A stretch of DNA of 64,000 nt, taken from positions 26,780 through 90,779 of the forward strand of contig JAGVNG010000017.1 of NCBI GenBank assembly GCA_020053375.1. The letters are read 5' to 3'. The notes below the pieces were generated by a model. That model saw only the letters and a list, made by a program, of their open reading frames with translations. It had not been told where the DNA came from and searched no databases. Below are positions 29,198-38,838 of the stretch, in pieces. A program made the position numbers and the translations under genes. Positions within the stretch are counted from its first letter, which is position 1, and the number at the start of each line of letters is the position of its first letter. The stretch comes from Nanobdellota archaeon. GTDB lineage: Archaea > Nanobdellota > Nanobdellia > Pacearchaeales > GW2011-AR1.

Positions 29198-30373
29198 ATG
29201 GCAAAAATAAGTCCTGTATCTATCAAGTATATGATACATGCAAACTTCAGTGCAGAAGGGGCACTCGAAAAGCCTGATGTAATCGGAGCTCTATTCGGCC
29301 AGACAGAAGGACTGCTTGGCTCTGAGCTCGAAATGAGGGAATTGCAGAAAGAAGGAAAAATAGGAAGAATAGAGGTGGAATTGCAGAGAAGCGATAGAAA
29401 AACCACCGGAATAATCAAGATTCCCACGGCTCTTGATCAGTCTGAAACCACTTTAATTGCGGCTGCCGTTGAGACCATCGAAAGAATAGGCCCAAGCGAC
29501 GCGCAGATAGAAGTGGAGAGGATTGAGGACGTAAGAGGAAGCAAGAGAGATTACATTATAGAAAGGGCTAAAAAACTGATGGGAGAAATCAAGGGTTCTG
29601 CCGACTCAAGGGAAATTTCAAATCAGATAAAGGATTCTGCAAAGACATCCGATGTCATCGAGTACGGGAATGAAAAACTTCCTGCAGGCGACTTGTCTGG
29701 AAATGAGATAATTGTAGTTGAAGGAAGAGCAGACGTTCTGAATCTTATCAGAAGCGGAGTAAGAAACGTAATAGCAATGAACGGGACAAAGCTTCCTGAA
29801 TCCATTAAGGAATTAAGCAAGGAGAAAGATATAACCTTGTTTGTTGATGGTGACAGGGGCGGAGAACTGATTGTTAGGAACGTTGTTGACAATGCCAGAA
29901 TAAAAGACATTGTGGTTGCTCCTGATGGAAAAGAAGTTGAAGAGCTGACTGGAAAAGAGATATTAATGAATTTGAGGAGAAGGATTCCTGTTGAGGAATT
30001 TTTTTCCAAGAGGAGATATCCCTCCCGGGCTCCTAATTATGGATATGAAAGGCAATCAAGACATGAAGAACCAAAAGAACATATTACTGAAATAAAGAGC
30101 GGTGATGAAGAAAAGCTAAAGAAAATATTCAAGGAAAATGAAGGAAGCGAAAAGACAGTGATACTTGACAAAAATATGAATGAAATAAAAAAGGTATCAA
30201 CAAAGAGCGCTGCTGGCTCATTGAAAAGACTAGACAAAGTTCCTTATGCACTGGCAATTGATGGCACATTGACAAATCATCTTTTGAAGGATGCAGAGGA
30301 AGCAGGATGTCAGATTATAATAGCAAAGAATTTCGCAACAACTGACACCAAGATAAAATTGATTAGTGTGTAA
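29198..30373 (+). CDS. dnaG: Archaeal DnaG primase (TOPRIM)
   Basis: N-terminal ...KYMIHANFSAEGALEKPDVIGALFGQTEGLLG... diagnostic of archaeal DnaG; TOPRIM EGRADVLNL...DGDRGG. Confidence 0.85.
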   Translation: MAKISPVSIKYMIHANFSAEGALEKPDVIGALFGQTEGLLGSELEMRELQKEGKIGRIEVELQRSDRKTTGIIKIPTALDQSETTLIAAAVETIERIGPSDAQIEVERIEDVRGSKRDYIIERAKKLMGEIKGSADSREISNQIKDSAKTSDVIEYGNEKLPAGDLSGNEIIVVEGRADVLNLIRSGVRNVIAMNGTKLPESIKELSKEKDITLFVDGDRGGELIVRNVVDNARIKDIVVAPDGKEVEELTGKEILMNLRRRIPVEEFFSKRRYPSRAPNYGYERQSRHEEPKEHITEIKSGDEEKLKKIFKENEGSEKTVILDKNMNEIKKVSTKSAAGSLKRLDKVPYALAIDGTLTNHLLKDAEEAGCQIIIAKNFATTDTKIKLISV

Positions 30374-30376
30374 TTA

Positions 30377-30952
30377 TTAACTAAAAAATTTGTTTAAGAT
30401 TTCTCTTGTTAAATCCAACGATTCGTCGCAGAAATCTTTAAGATTTCTTGAGGAACTATCTTTAAAGCAAATATTTTTCACGGTTTTTCCTTTTTTCTTT
30501 ACAGAAGAAACCGCTGGAACAAAATCTCCATCTCCAGAAACAACAATGGAGATATCAAAATTATTATCATAGGCATTTTCAACCATATCAACTGCCATAT
30601 GTATATCGTCTTCTTTTATTATATAATAGAATTTGTCTGTTCCAGTTATATTCCTTTTAAGCAATTTACACAAAACAAGATGTAGATTTGGAATTTTCTT
30701 TAGTTTTTCGAAGAATTCCCTTTGACTTCTATATTTTTCCTGATTATGCTCTTTATCAAGCAACGCATTATAATAATAAATATCCACAACTTTATCTTTT
30801 CCAGCTAAAAATTTGGAGAATCTTTCAAAATCAAAATCCTTTAAACTTTTACCCTTACCATATAATTTTCTTAACCCAAAATAAAAATTATTCCCATCTA
30901 TAAAAACAGCAACCCTCTCCATTTTAAAAGTGCTCATCCCTTGCCGAAGCAA
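30377..30952 (-). CDS. NYN-domain (LabA-like) protein
   Basis: VAVFIDGNNFYFG N-terminal motif and downstream acidic residues of the NYN/LabA fold. Confidence 0.65.
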   Translation of the reverse strand: MLRQGMSTFKMERVAVFIDGNNFYFGLRKLYGKGKSLKDFDFERFSKFLAGKDKVVDIYYYNALLDKEHNQEKYRSQREFFEKLKKIPNLHLVLCKLLKRNITGTDKFYYIIKEDDIHMAVDMVENAYDNNFDISIVVSGDGDFVPAVSSVKKKGKTVKNICFKDSSSRNLKDFCDESLDLTREILNKFFS

Positions 30953-31027
30953 GGATGAGCGTATATGCTTATAACATAACCTTGAAGCTTTTAATACTTT
31001 CGGCGATAATCAATATAAATATAAATC

Positions 31028-31492
31028 TTGGATAGTTGGGATCTCAAAATGCTCAATATAAGAAAAACGAATATTAACGATTTTAAACAATTATATAGTT
31101 TGGGATTGAAAACTCCTGAATTAAAAGTTAATAAAAAAGATTCTTTTATGGACAGGGATGATTTTAAATTAAGAATATTGGATAAAAAACATATTTTTCT
31201 GGTTGCTGAAGAAGATAAAAAAATCGCAGGTTTTATATGTGCAAGTGCAAAGGATATTGAAAGGCCATTAAAAAACAAATATGCATGTCTTGTTTACATC
31301 GCTGTTTTGCCAGAATACAGAAAGAGGGGGATAGCAACCAAATTATATAATGAGTGTGTTAAAAAATTAAAGAGAAGAGGCATAACCCATATTTATGCAT
31401 GGGCTGACATGAAAAGCGGAATAATAAATTTTTTGAAGAAGAGGGGATTTGATGAGGGAAAACCATCGGTATGGATGGATAGAAAACTATAA
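31028..31492 (+). CDS. GNAT-family N-acetyltransferase
   Basis: RKRGIATKLYNECVKKLKRRG acetyl-CoA-binding motif A. Confidence 0.7.
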   Translation: MDSWDLKMLNIRKTNINDFKQLYSLGLKTPELKVNKKDSFMDRDDFKLRILDKKHIFLVAEEDKKIAGFICASAKDIERPLKNKYACLVYIAVLPEYRKRGIATKLYNECVKKLKRRGITHIYAWADMKSGIINFLKKRGFDEGKPSVWMDRKL

Positions 31493-31516
31493 ATACTATT
31501 TTATAATCGTGCCAAG

Positions 31517-31924
31517 ATGAGTATTAAATCTCTGGTTGATAAATATTTTGAACAGATTGAAGTTGAGAATGCAGATTATGTTCCTTTTGATGACGCAAAA
31601 AGCGATGCTGCATCTATTCTCTTAAATGTTCCAATCACAATGCTGAAGGAATATCTTCAGTTAAAAAGGCAAAGAAAAAAACTTCCTGAGGGGGCAGAGT
31701 TTTGGAAAGAAACAGGGCTTTGCAGCAGACTAAAAAGCAGCAAGAAACATATTAAGCAATTTCGCTCGGTAAACCATCTTCATGATTCTTTTGAAAAGTT
31801 TCCTGATTTTCTAGATGGACTGACTGGTGAAGTCCAAGGAGACTATCAAGAGTTGGGAAGCAAGGAAAGGATTAGATTAAGCATAACTGAAATTCCAACA
31901 GAGTTTTATAAGATAATGTTATAA
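31517..31924 (+). CDS. Hypothetical protein
   Basis: 135-aa ORF. Confidence 0.4.
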   Translation: MSIKSLVDKYFEQIEVENADYVPFDDAKSDAASILLNVPITMLKEYLQLKRQRKKLPEGAEFWKETGLCSRLKSSKKHIKQFRSVNHLHDSFEKFPDFLDGLTGEVQGDYQELGSKERIRLSITEIPTEFYKIML

Positions 31925-32083
31925 ATTATATATAATATCACCCCTTGTTTTGACAGGCAGTGACTAATTTTAGTACTATCCAATTAGGGGATTCTGTTGT
32001 CACAGTAAAGTTTATAAACGCCTGCATATGGGTATAGTTTGTAGGAACTAAGTTCCTATGCAATTAAATTTTAAAATAAAAAG

Positions 32084-33256
32084 ATGAATACAAAAAAAAT
32101 TTGTGTTTCATTTCTCGCAATAGCAGCCGTTTTGTTCTTAGTTGCTAATGTAAGCGCTGGACAGATAACCACAGATTACACTGTTAAGGTTAATGACCAG
32201 AATGCATACGCTTACACTGTTGGCGTTCTTGAGAATGAAAGAATAACTGTTGAAGTTTCTTTCACTTCTTTGGTTAACGACACAGATGTAACAGTCGAAG
32301 CAACACTTAATGGAAAGAAGGCAAATGTCAATGCCGAAACTTCTGTTTTCGATATAGAAGCAGGAGCTAGATATACAAAGACATTGGTTCTTCAAGTGCC
32401 TGCTGGACTTAAGAACGAAGTTAGCGATGCTCTTCTCCTTGAGATGAAGGTCTCAGGACAAGATCATAGAACAGATCTTCAGGATGCGACTTTGAAGGTT
32501 CAGAGAGAATCTTACAGCGTGCAGATACAATCAGTAACAGCTGGAACAATGAAATCTGGACAAGTAGTCCCAGTTGATGTGGTTATCAAGAATGTTGGTT
32601 ACAACAACTTGGATGACCTATATGTAGTTGTTAGAATACCTACATTGAATCTTGAAAGAACAGCATACTTCGGAGACTTGGTGGCTATTGAAGACAAAGA
32701 CAACAATGACAACACTGACACTGTATCCGGAAGATTATTCCTTGAAATTCCATACAGCGCAAAGGCAGGAGTATATGCACTTGAAGTCGAAGCTTCAAAC
32801 GGCGATACAACTGTAAATGCAGTTAAGCAGGTAACAGTATCAAATGAGTTTTCAGGTGGAAACGTAGTTGTTTCCGGTGACAGCTTATTGATTGTTAACC
32901 CTACAAACGAGGTACTAGTTTACAGATTAGTCCCTGAGACTGCGCCTGAGCTTTCTGTCAGCCTAAGTCAGAGCGTTGTAGCTATACCCGCTGGTTCAAG
33001 CAGAACAGTAGACCTAACGGTAACAAGTTCTGCGGTGGGAACATACAACTACAAGATTAACGTGTTCTCCCTAAGCGGAGACTTGTTATATGTAGTCAAC
33101 ATGACAAAAAATGTTGAGGGTTCTAGCACAACAAGTTCAATAGTTGTCTTGACAGTTATACTGGCAATAATCTTTATTGTATTATTGGTGGTTTTGATTG
33201 TCTTGATGGGAAAGAAACCTGAAAAATCTGAAGAGTTCGGAGAAAGTTACTACTAA
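32084..33256 (+). CDS. Secreted cell-surface protein with C-terminal membrane anchor (S-layer-like)
   Basis: N-terminal signal peptide, Thr/Val-rich beta-type repeats, C-terminal TM helix VLTVILAIIFIVLLVVLIVLMGKK. Confidence 0.55.
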   Translation: MNTKKICVSFLAIAAVLFLVANVSAGQITTDYTVKVNDQNAYAYTVGVLENERITVEVSFTSLVNDTDVTVEATLNGKKANVNAETSVFDIEAGARYTKTLVLQVPAGLKNEVSDALLLEMKVSGQDHRTDLQDATLKVQRESYSVQIQSVTAGTMKSGQVVPVDVVIKNVGYNNLDDLYVVVRIPTLNLERTAYFGDLVAIEDKDNNDNTDTVSGRLFLEIPYSAKAGVYALEVEASNGDTTVNAVKQVTVSNEFSGGNVVVSGDSLLIVNPTNEVLVYRLVPETAPELSVSLSQSVVAIPAGSSRTVDLTVTSSAVGTYNYKINVFSLSGDLLYVVNMTKNVEGSSTTSSIVVLTVILAIIFIVLLVVLIVLMGKKPEKSEEFGESYY

Positions 33257-33257
33257 A

Positions 33258-33277
33258 TTTTCTTTTTTTCTTTTTTT
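33258..33277 (+). terminator. T-rich tract after the surface-protein gene
   Basis: tttctttttttctttttttc immediately after the stop codon. Confidence 0.3.
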
Positions 33278-33319
33278 CATAATTTAGCTTTCTCCTTTTT
33301 TATATTAAATGCGTAAGCA

Positions 33320-33685
33320 ATGAGAAAACAAAACAAAATGGGAAAGACAAAGACAATTAAGAGATTAGTAGATGCATTGGAATTTGACAGAAAAAAGAGA
33401 ACAGAAATAGCAGCAGAGATAGCAGAAGTTTTAAGAAATTCTTTTGAAAGTAAATCATACATAATAGTAGATGGTGAAAAATTTCCCTTCATATACAGAT
33501 CTTTAACTCCAATTTCTGATATTATGACAGAATTACATCTAATTCAAAGCATACATCTTCCAAGAAGCATAGACCCTAAAGAAGAACACTGTTTTGAAAA
33601 TTTCTTTGCTTTTAATCCTCAAGCATCACATTTATATAAATCTTTAAAAGAAGACAATTTCTACGAAAAAAGAAAGAGAAAATGA
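33320..33685 (+). CDS. Hypothetical protein, first of six-ORF compact cluster
   Basis: 121-aa ORF. Confidence 0.4.
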   Translation: MRKQNKMGKTKTIKRLVDALEFDRKKRTEIAAEIAEVLRNSFESKSYIIVDGEKFPFIYRSLTPISDIMTELHLIQSIHLPRSIDPKEEHCFENFFAFNPQASHLYKSLKEDNFYEKRKRK

Positions 33686-33942
33686 CAGACGAAGAAAAAA
33701 CAAAGGAAACAAAAATTAGTTTGGAAAAAATTGCTTATACAGTTATACATCTTGGACTCATAAAAGATATTAGAGATGAAGATATTAATAAAGAAACTGT
33801 AAAATTAGCCAGCATGATAATGAATAGGGATCCTGATTGCCGTATCGCAGAAGAGCACCTCCCAGATTTATGGGTTTTAGAACAATATCAGAGATATTAT
33901 GAAGCAGCTAAGATTGCATTAGCAAAATACCGAGTAAAGTAA
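33682..33942 (+). CDS. Hypothetical protein (cluster ORF 2)
   Basis: ATGA start/stop overlap with previous ORF. Confidence 0.4.
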   Translation: MTDEEKTKETKISLEKIAYTVIHLGLIKDIRDEDINKETVKLASMIMNRDPDCRIAEEHLPDLWVLEQYQRYYEAAKIALAKYRVK

Positions 33943-33951
33943 ATAGACAAA

Positions 33952-34539
33952 ATGACAGAAGAAACAAATTCAGAGTACGAAAAGGCAGAAGCGGAAATTA
34001 GGAGTAAATACCGTAAAAAAGTCTATGGAATTACTAAGAAAGGTCTAATCACAGGATTAGCAGGATTTCTTGTAGGATTATCTTTTTCTGGGAAGGGAGT
34101 CTATACCTTTAGTGAGTCAAGCAACACTCCAATATTTAGAGAATATGGAATCAATCAACAGTCTCTATCATATCTAAGGAATAAGTTGGGGGAATATAAA
34201 ATTGTGGAGTTTCCGGAATATCTCTCTGCAGAAACAAAGAGGAATCTTGCTTCCTTAAGATTTGTAGGTCCCTCTGATTCAATTGATATTTCAAATCTGG
34301 AAAAAGAAATTAAAACTGCGGAAAAAGACAGTACAAGGATAGTTAACACAAAAGAAGGTAAGGATTGCTCAGAAAAATTTGCAGAGGCAAGTGGTTTTTT
34401 TAAATATGGACTTTTTGGGGGAATTGGACTGGCTATAATTTCAATGATTGGAATAAGGGTCTTCTCTTTATTTAACGTCGCAAAAAGAGATAAAGAAATA
34501 GATGCTCTTGCTGAGAAGTATGTTATTAATAAAAAATGA
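33952..34539 (+). CDS. Hypothetical membrane protein (cluster ORF 3)
   Basis: Two hydrophobic segments; 195 aa. Confidence 0.45.
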   Translation: MTEETNSEYEKAEAEIRSKYRKKVYGITKKGLITGLAGFLVGLSFSGKGVYTFSESSNTPIFREYGINQQSLSYLRNKLGEYKIVEFPEYLSAETKRNLASLRFVGPSDSIDISNLEKEIKTAEKDSTRIVNTKEGKDCSEKFAEASGFFKYGLFGGIGLAIISMIGIRVFSLFNVAKRDKEIDALAEKYVINKK

Positions 34540-34880
34540 CAGAAAAAACAAGATTAGAGATTGAGGTAAAAACGTGCGGTCATCTAAAAATTAATGTGAG
34601 AAGAGAAATTGGTCATCCAGCCGTTTACATTAATTTAGGCAAGGATAAGAGAGGGGAAATGGACATTGGAAATGTTTTTTGTATAAAAGAAGAAGAAGCT
34701 ATATGCGAACTCACAAAAAAACCTTGTATGCTCTATCATAAAGACAAGAATCATGTCGCTAGAATAGATTTTACACAGGTTAAGAGATGTCCTGTTTATG
34801 ATTTAATTATTCAAAAATACACTGTAGAAGGAAAGAAAAGACGGAAAAATTTTTATGCTGAAAAGGTGAATAGTTTTTAA
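34536..34880 (+). CDS. Cys-rich hypothetical protein (cluster ORF 4)
   Basis: Several Cys/His residues (CGH...C...C...C); ATGA overlap with ORF 3. Confidence 0.4.
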   Translation: MTEKTRLEIEVKTCGHLKINVRREIGHPAVYINLGKDKRGEMDIGNVFCIKEEEAICELTKKPCMLYHKDKNHVARIDFTQVKRCPVYDLIIQKYTVEGKKRRKNFYAEKVNSF

Positions 34881-34889
34881 TAATATAAA

Positions 34890-35117
34890 ATGACAGAAAA
34901 CCTAGAAGATAAAGAAAAACCCTCTTACAAAATACAATTAGATGATTTAGTAGCCTTTACAGGCATACAAAATTATGGGAATAGGAACGAGAAATATATC
35001 CCTTTAGTAAATTCTAATAAGCATATGTTAAGATTTGCCGGAGTTTTTATTTTTCAGATTGCAATGACTTATATCTCATTTGCATCAGCTAATTATCTGC
35101 ATAACTTAGTGAAATAA
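34890..35117 (+). CDS. Small membrane protein, tandem paralog 1 (cluster ORF 5)
   Basis: KPSYKIQLDD...FQIAMTY...LVK parallels the next ORF. Confidence 0.4.
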   Translation: MTENLEDKEKPSYKIQLDDLVAFTGIQNYGNRNEKYIPLVNSNKHMLRFAGVFIFQIAMTYISFASANYLHNLVK

Positions 35118-35125
35118 TAAATAAA

Positions 35126-35359
35126 ATGTCAGCCGAATTAGAAAAGAAGGTAAAGCCTTCCTATAAATTAGATGTGGAGGATTTTCATCCTTTTCCTTTT
35201 GGGCATCATAATTACTATAAAAGAAATAAAGACTTAAATGTAAAATTTGACGAGTATCAAAAAATTAGAGTGAGAACATTTGGACTTCTTGCCTTTAATA
35301 TTGCAATGTTTTCTGGAATAATTTATCTTGACAGATATCTAAGCGGGTTGTTTAAATGA
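35126..35359 (+). CDS. Small membrane protein, tandem paralog 2 (cluster ORF 6)
   Basis: KPSYKLDVED...FNIAMFS...LFK parallels the previous ORF. Confidence 0.4.
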   Translation: MSAELEKKVKPSYKLDVEDFHPFPFGHHNYYKRNKDLNVKFDEYQKIRVRTFGLLAFNIAMFSGIIYLDRYLSGLFK

Positions 35360-35377
35360 TTATAATCGAAGCCAAGA

Positions 35378-38239
35378 TTATAGTTTCAAGCTAATAATCT
35401 TCGATATGCCATCGTGCATGCTTATACCATAGATATTAGTTGCATTTGATATTATCTCATCATTGTGGCTTATCACGATATACTGTCCTTTCTGCATATA
35501 TTTGCTTAGCAGGTTTGCAAGCCTTTCCGAGTTCCTCTTGTCAAGGGCAGCATCTATTTCATCAAGGATGTAGAAACAATATGGACTAAGTTCCTGTATC
35601 GCGAAAATAAGAGAGATAGCAACTAAAGTCTGCTCTCCTCCCGACAAGGAAGTAACATCAAGATATTTTCCATGTCCTGTCTTTACAAGAATATTAACGC
35701 CTGCCTCAAAAGGCTCCTTTGGATTTTCCAATTCAAGAGATACCTGTCCTTTTGTGCTTACCTGCGAGAAATTCCTCAAGAAAGTTTCGTTAAGAGCGTT
35801 CAGTGTTTTTATGAAGGTCTTCTTTTTTTTAATGTCTATCTCCTGAATTATTTTTAGTATGCTTTCCTTTTCCTTTGCAATTATCTCTGTCTTTTCCCTT
35901 ACTGAATCATATTCCTTTTTTACGGAATCATATACTTCCAATGCACGCATATTAACTGTTCCTATCTGGGATATCATTTCTTCTGTCTTTGAAAGCCTTT
36001 CAACAAGGATTTCTCGGCTTGACTTGATTATTTCAATTCCATCATAAACCAGCATTTCTATGCTGAAGTTCTCGATTCCAGCATCTGCCTTTGCCTTTTC
36101 TATCTTGAAGTTATTCATAGCCTGCTCAATATTCTGAACTACGTTTTGCTTTGAAGAAATTTGAATCTCACTCTCGCGTATTCTTTTGCTGAGTGTGTCC
36201 CTATCTGCAATCAGCTTCTGGAATTTTCTGGTTAATTCTTCTTCCTGCTCTTTCTTCTTCTCAAGTGTCTCCTGTTTGCCCTCAATATCCTCTTTTAATC
36301 CGTAAATTTCGTCGTTCAAATCTTCTTCATCTCTTGCTATCTGCTTCAATGCTATTTTTGCACGTTCAAGCTCTCTCTGCTTGAAAGAGATTTCAGAGCT
36401 TATGTTTTCTTCGCTTCGCATGGAAATTTCCTGGACTTCGACCCTTACAATCTCGTATTTCTGCTCAACATTTGCAGAGTCATCAAAGCTTTTTTCAAGC
36501 CTTTTCCTTATGTCTTCCAATTCTGATATTTCTCCTTTAAGATTGTCCAATTTTTCCTGAATTTTTTTGAGAGCAGTCTTCTTTTCATCCACCCCTGAAA
36601 TTTTTATGACATCACCTTCTCTTTTCGAAACTTCTATGTTCATCTGCTCTATATCTTTTGTCAAAACCTCTCGCCTAGAATATATCTCAGCTAGTTCCTT
36701 GTCAGAATCTGCAATTTCACTTTTCAGTTTTTCAACTCTTGGAAATATCTCCTTGTGTATGTGTTCCATGTGGTCTTTTGTTATTTTATTCTTGCATACT
36801 GGACACACATCCATCTTTGATATTTTCTCCATCAGATTATTAGCTTTTTCTATCTCTTTCTCATTGGAGTATGAAACCTTTTCAAGCTCTATCTCCTTTT
36901 TAGCCAGTTCTCCAAGAAGCTTTTTTTTGTTTACAATTGAAATCCTAAGGTTTTCAAGCTTGCCTCTGTCCGCACCCTTATCAAACAATTCATGATAAGA
37001 AGATTCCATCTGTCTGACTAGCAATGCAGACTCATTTGAGTTTGCCTGGAAGAGATTTTTCTTGTCTTCAATTCTTTCTCTTATTGACTTAAGTTCTGAT
37101 TTTATTGTATAGAATTTTTTCCTTTCTTCCTCCAATTTTTCAAGTTCCTTCTTTTTTAAGACAATGTCCCTCTCTTTTTTTGTCTTTGGAGAAGCGCCTG
37201 CAAGATCTTTTATCGACTGCGCGTTCTCGTCTATTGAATGCTTGAGTTCCTGCTTCTGTTTTATAATGGATGAGATTTTGGACTGAAAGTTCTCAAGCCT
37301 TACTCCCATTCCAGCAAGCTCTGCCCTTATATTCGCGATTTCTTGGTTTAGGCTTTCCTGCTGAATTCCTGTTGTTTTTTGAATAACTGCGTTAATATCT
37401 GCAATTTTTGATTCAAAACTTCTTATAGCTGCTTCCAGTTCCATTATCTCTTTCTTTACCTTGTCTATTTCCTTGTTTCTTCCAGCAATTTCCTCATTTA
37501 TATGTTCCAGTTCCTTTTTTCTTTTTGTCAAATCAAAGTGTATTATGCTTGCCTTAAATTTTTTCACATCCGCCTCAAGCTTCTTGAATCTCAGCGCCTG
37601 CTGTCTTTCCTTTTCAAGATTATTTAAGTAAGATGTTCTCTCTCTAAGGATTGCAAGAACTTCTTTCAGTTTTTCTTCTGTTTTTTCAAGTTCGTGCAAC
37701 GACTTCTCCTTTCTGGACTCGTATACAGATATTCCCGCAACTTCCTCTATTATTTTTCTCCTGTCTTCGTTATGCATTCGCACAAAATTCTGGATTTCTC
37801 CCTGAAGGATTATATTAAATCCATTTGGGTCTATTCCAGCCTGTGCAAGAAGAGACAAAATTTCCTGTCTTGTCTTTACTTCATCATTTAATTTGTATAT
37901 GCTTTGTCCGTTTTTTCTTACTATTCTTTTTACGGACACCTCAGCAGAATCGTAAGGGGTGGAAAAGCCCTTGTCAGAGTTGTCAAAAACAACCTCAACC
38001 ATTGCTTCCTTTGCGGGGGAGGCTTCCTTTGTTCCGAAGAAAATAAGATTGCCAGCCTTTGCTGCCCTCATCGATTTACTGCTTAATCTTCCAAGAACAA
38101 AGCACAGCGCATCAGAGACATTGCTTTTGCCAGAGCCATTTGGACCAACAATAACATTTATTCCTTCCGTAAATGGTATTTCTGTCTTTCTTGGAAAACT
38201 TTTGAAGCCATGCATCACCAGTTTCTTGATATAAACCAT
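35378..38239 (-). CDS. smc: SMC-family ATPase with Rad50-like CPVC zinc hook in place of a hinge domain
   Basis: N-terminal FKSF...VIVGPNGSGKSNVSDALCFVLG, Q-loop ILQGEI, C-terminal LSGGEQTLVAISLIFAIQ...FYILDEIDAALD (all SMC-type); at the midpoint KMDVCPVCKNKITKDH; no Gly-rich hinge; 953 aa. Confidence 0.8.
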   Translation of the reverse strand: MVYIKKLVMHGFKSFPRKTEIPFTEGINVIVGPNGSGKSNVSDALCFVLGRLSSKSMRAAKAGNLIFFGTKEASPAKEAMVEVVFDNSDKGFSTPYDSAEVSVKRIVRKNGQSIYKLNDEVKTRQEILSLLAQAGIDPNGFNIILQGEIQNFVRMHNEDRRKIIEEVAGISVYESRKEKSLHELEKTEEKLKEVLAILRERTSYLNNLEKERQQALRFKKLEADVKKFKASIIHFDLTKRKKELEHINEEIAGRNKEIDKVKKEIMELEAAIRSFESKIADINAVIQKTTGIQQESLNQEIANIRAELAGMGVRLENFQSKISSIIKQKQELKHSIDENAQSIKDLAGASPKTKKERDIVLKKKELEKLEEERKKFYTIKSELKSIRERIEDKKNLFQANSNESALLVRQMESSYHELFDKGADRGKLENLRISIVNKKKLLGELAKKEIELEKVSYSNEKEIEKANNLMEKISKMDVCPVCKNKITKDHMEHIHKEIFPRVEKLKSEIADSDKELAEIYSRREVLTKDIEQMNIEVSKREGDVIKISGVDEKKTALKKIQEKLDNLKGEISELEDIRKRLEKSFDDSANVEQKYEIVRVEVQEISMRSEENISSEISFKQRELERAKIALKQIARDEEDLNDEIYGLKEDIEGKQETLEKKKEQEEELTRKFQKLIADRDTLSKRIRESEIQISSKQNVVQNIEQAMNNFKIEKAKADAGIENFSIEMLVYDGIEIIKSSREILVERLSKTEEMISQIGTVNMRALEVYDSVKKEYDSVREKTEIIAKEKESILKIIQEIDIKKKKTFIKTLNALNETFLRNFSQVSTKGQVSLELENPKEPFEAGVNILVKTGHGKYLDVTSLSGGEQTLVAISLIFAIQELSPYCFYILDEIDAALDKRNSERLANLLSKYMQKGQYIVISHNDEIISNATNIYGISMHDGISKIISLKL

Positions 38240-38303
38240 TACAGGAAAGAATTAAAAGGTATTTTTAAAGAATTCTGTGGCAAATTTTCTTGGTAGATTG
38301 TTT

Positions 38304-38510
38304 TTAATTTATCAGGGAATAAAAATTGCAAAAAAATTCTGAAGGAGAAAGAGAGTATTTAATTTCATCTATGATAGTTTCATCATCCTCATTTTCAATG
38401 TCATTTAGCATATTCTCCAAACTTACTGTGTCCTTTGAAGGAGTATTCAAAATAACATGCCCTATTTCATGTAATAATAGCCTTTTATAAGTGAAATCCC
38501 TATCTGTCAA
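38304..38510 (-). CDS. ImmA/IrrE-like metallopeptidase fragment
   Basis: 68 aa containing LLLHEIGHVIL (HExxH); too short for a full peptidase. Confidence 0.3.
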   Translation of the reverse strand: MTDRDFTYKRLLLHEIGHVILNTPSKDTVSLENMLNDIENEDDETIIDEIKYSLSPSEFFCNFYSLIN

Positions 38511-38597
38511 AATATAAAATTGGTTCTCCGAAGAATAGGTTAATCCTATAAGAAAGGGTTCTGTGAAATCTTCGGTTGATAAAATTGATAAAAAAAT

Positions 38598-38744
38598 TTA
38601 ATATTTCTTCCTTGGTTCTTTATCCCATCTTGCTGATTTACACTTTGGGCAGATTAAAGGTTTTTCCTTGCTAGAACGGGGTTGCCAAATATAACTGCAG
38701 TTATTACACTTATATCCTTTAACTTTAATTTCTACTTCTGGCAT
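38598..38744 (-). CDS. Small zinc-ribbon protein (48 aa, below ORF-track cutoff)
   Basis: Hand translation MPEVEIKVKGYKCNNCSYIWQPRSSKEKPLICPKCKSARWDKEPRKKY: CxxC...CxxC. Confidence 0.3.
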   Translation of the reverse strand: MPEVEIKVKGYKCNNCSYIWQPRSSKEKPLICPKCKSARWDKEPRKKY

Positions 38745-38838
38745 GAAGTTTATAATAGTTCTAACTATTTAAATGTTACTATACAAAGTTATACTTTACA
38801 ATAGAAATGTTTATATAGTAGGTATTACTATATAAAGT

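Noticed and set aside
36567-36995. 142-aa plus-strand ORF
   Set aside because: Antisense to the SMC-like gene. It is a Ser/Phe-rich shadow of the Lys/Glu-rich coiled coil.
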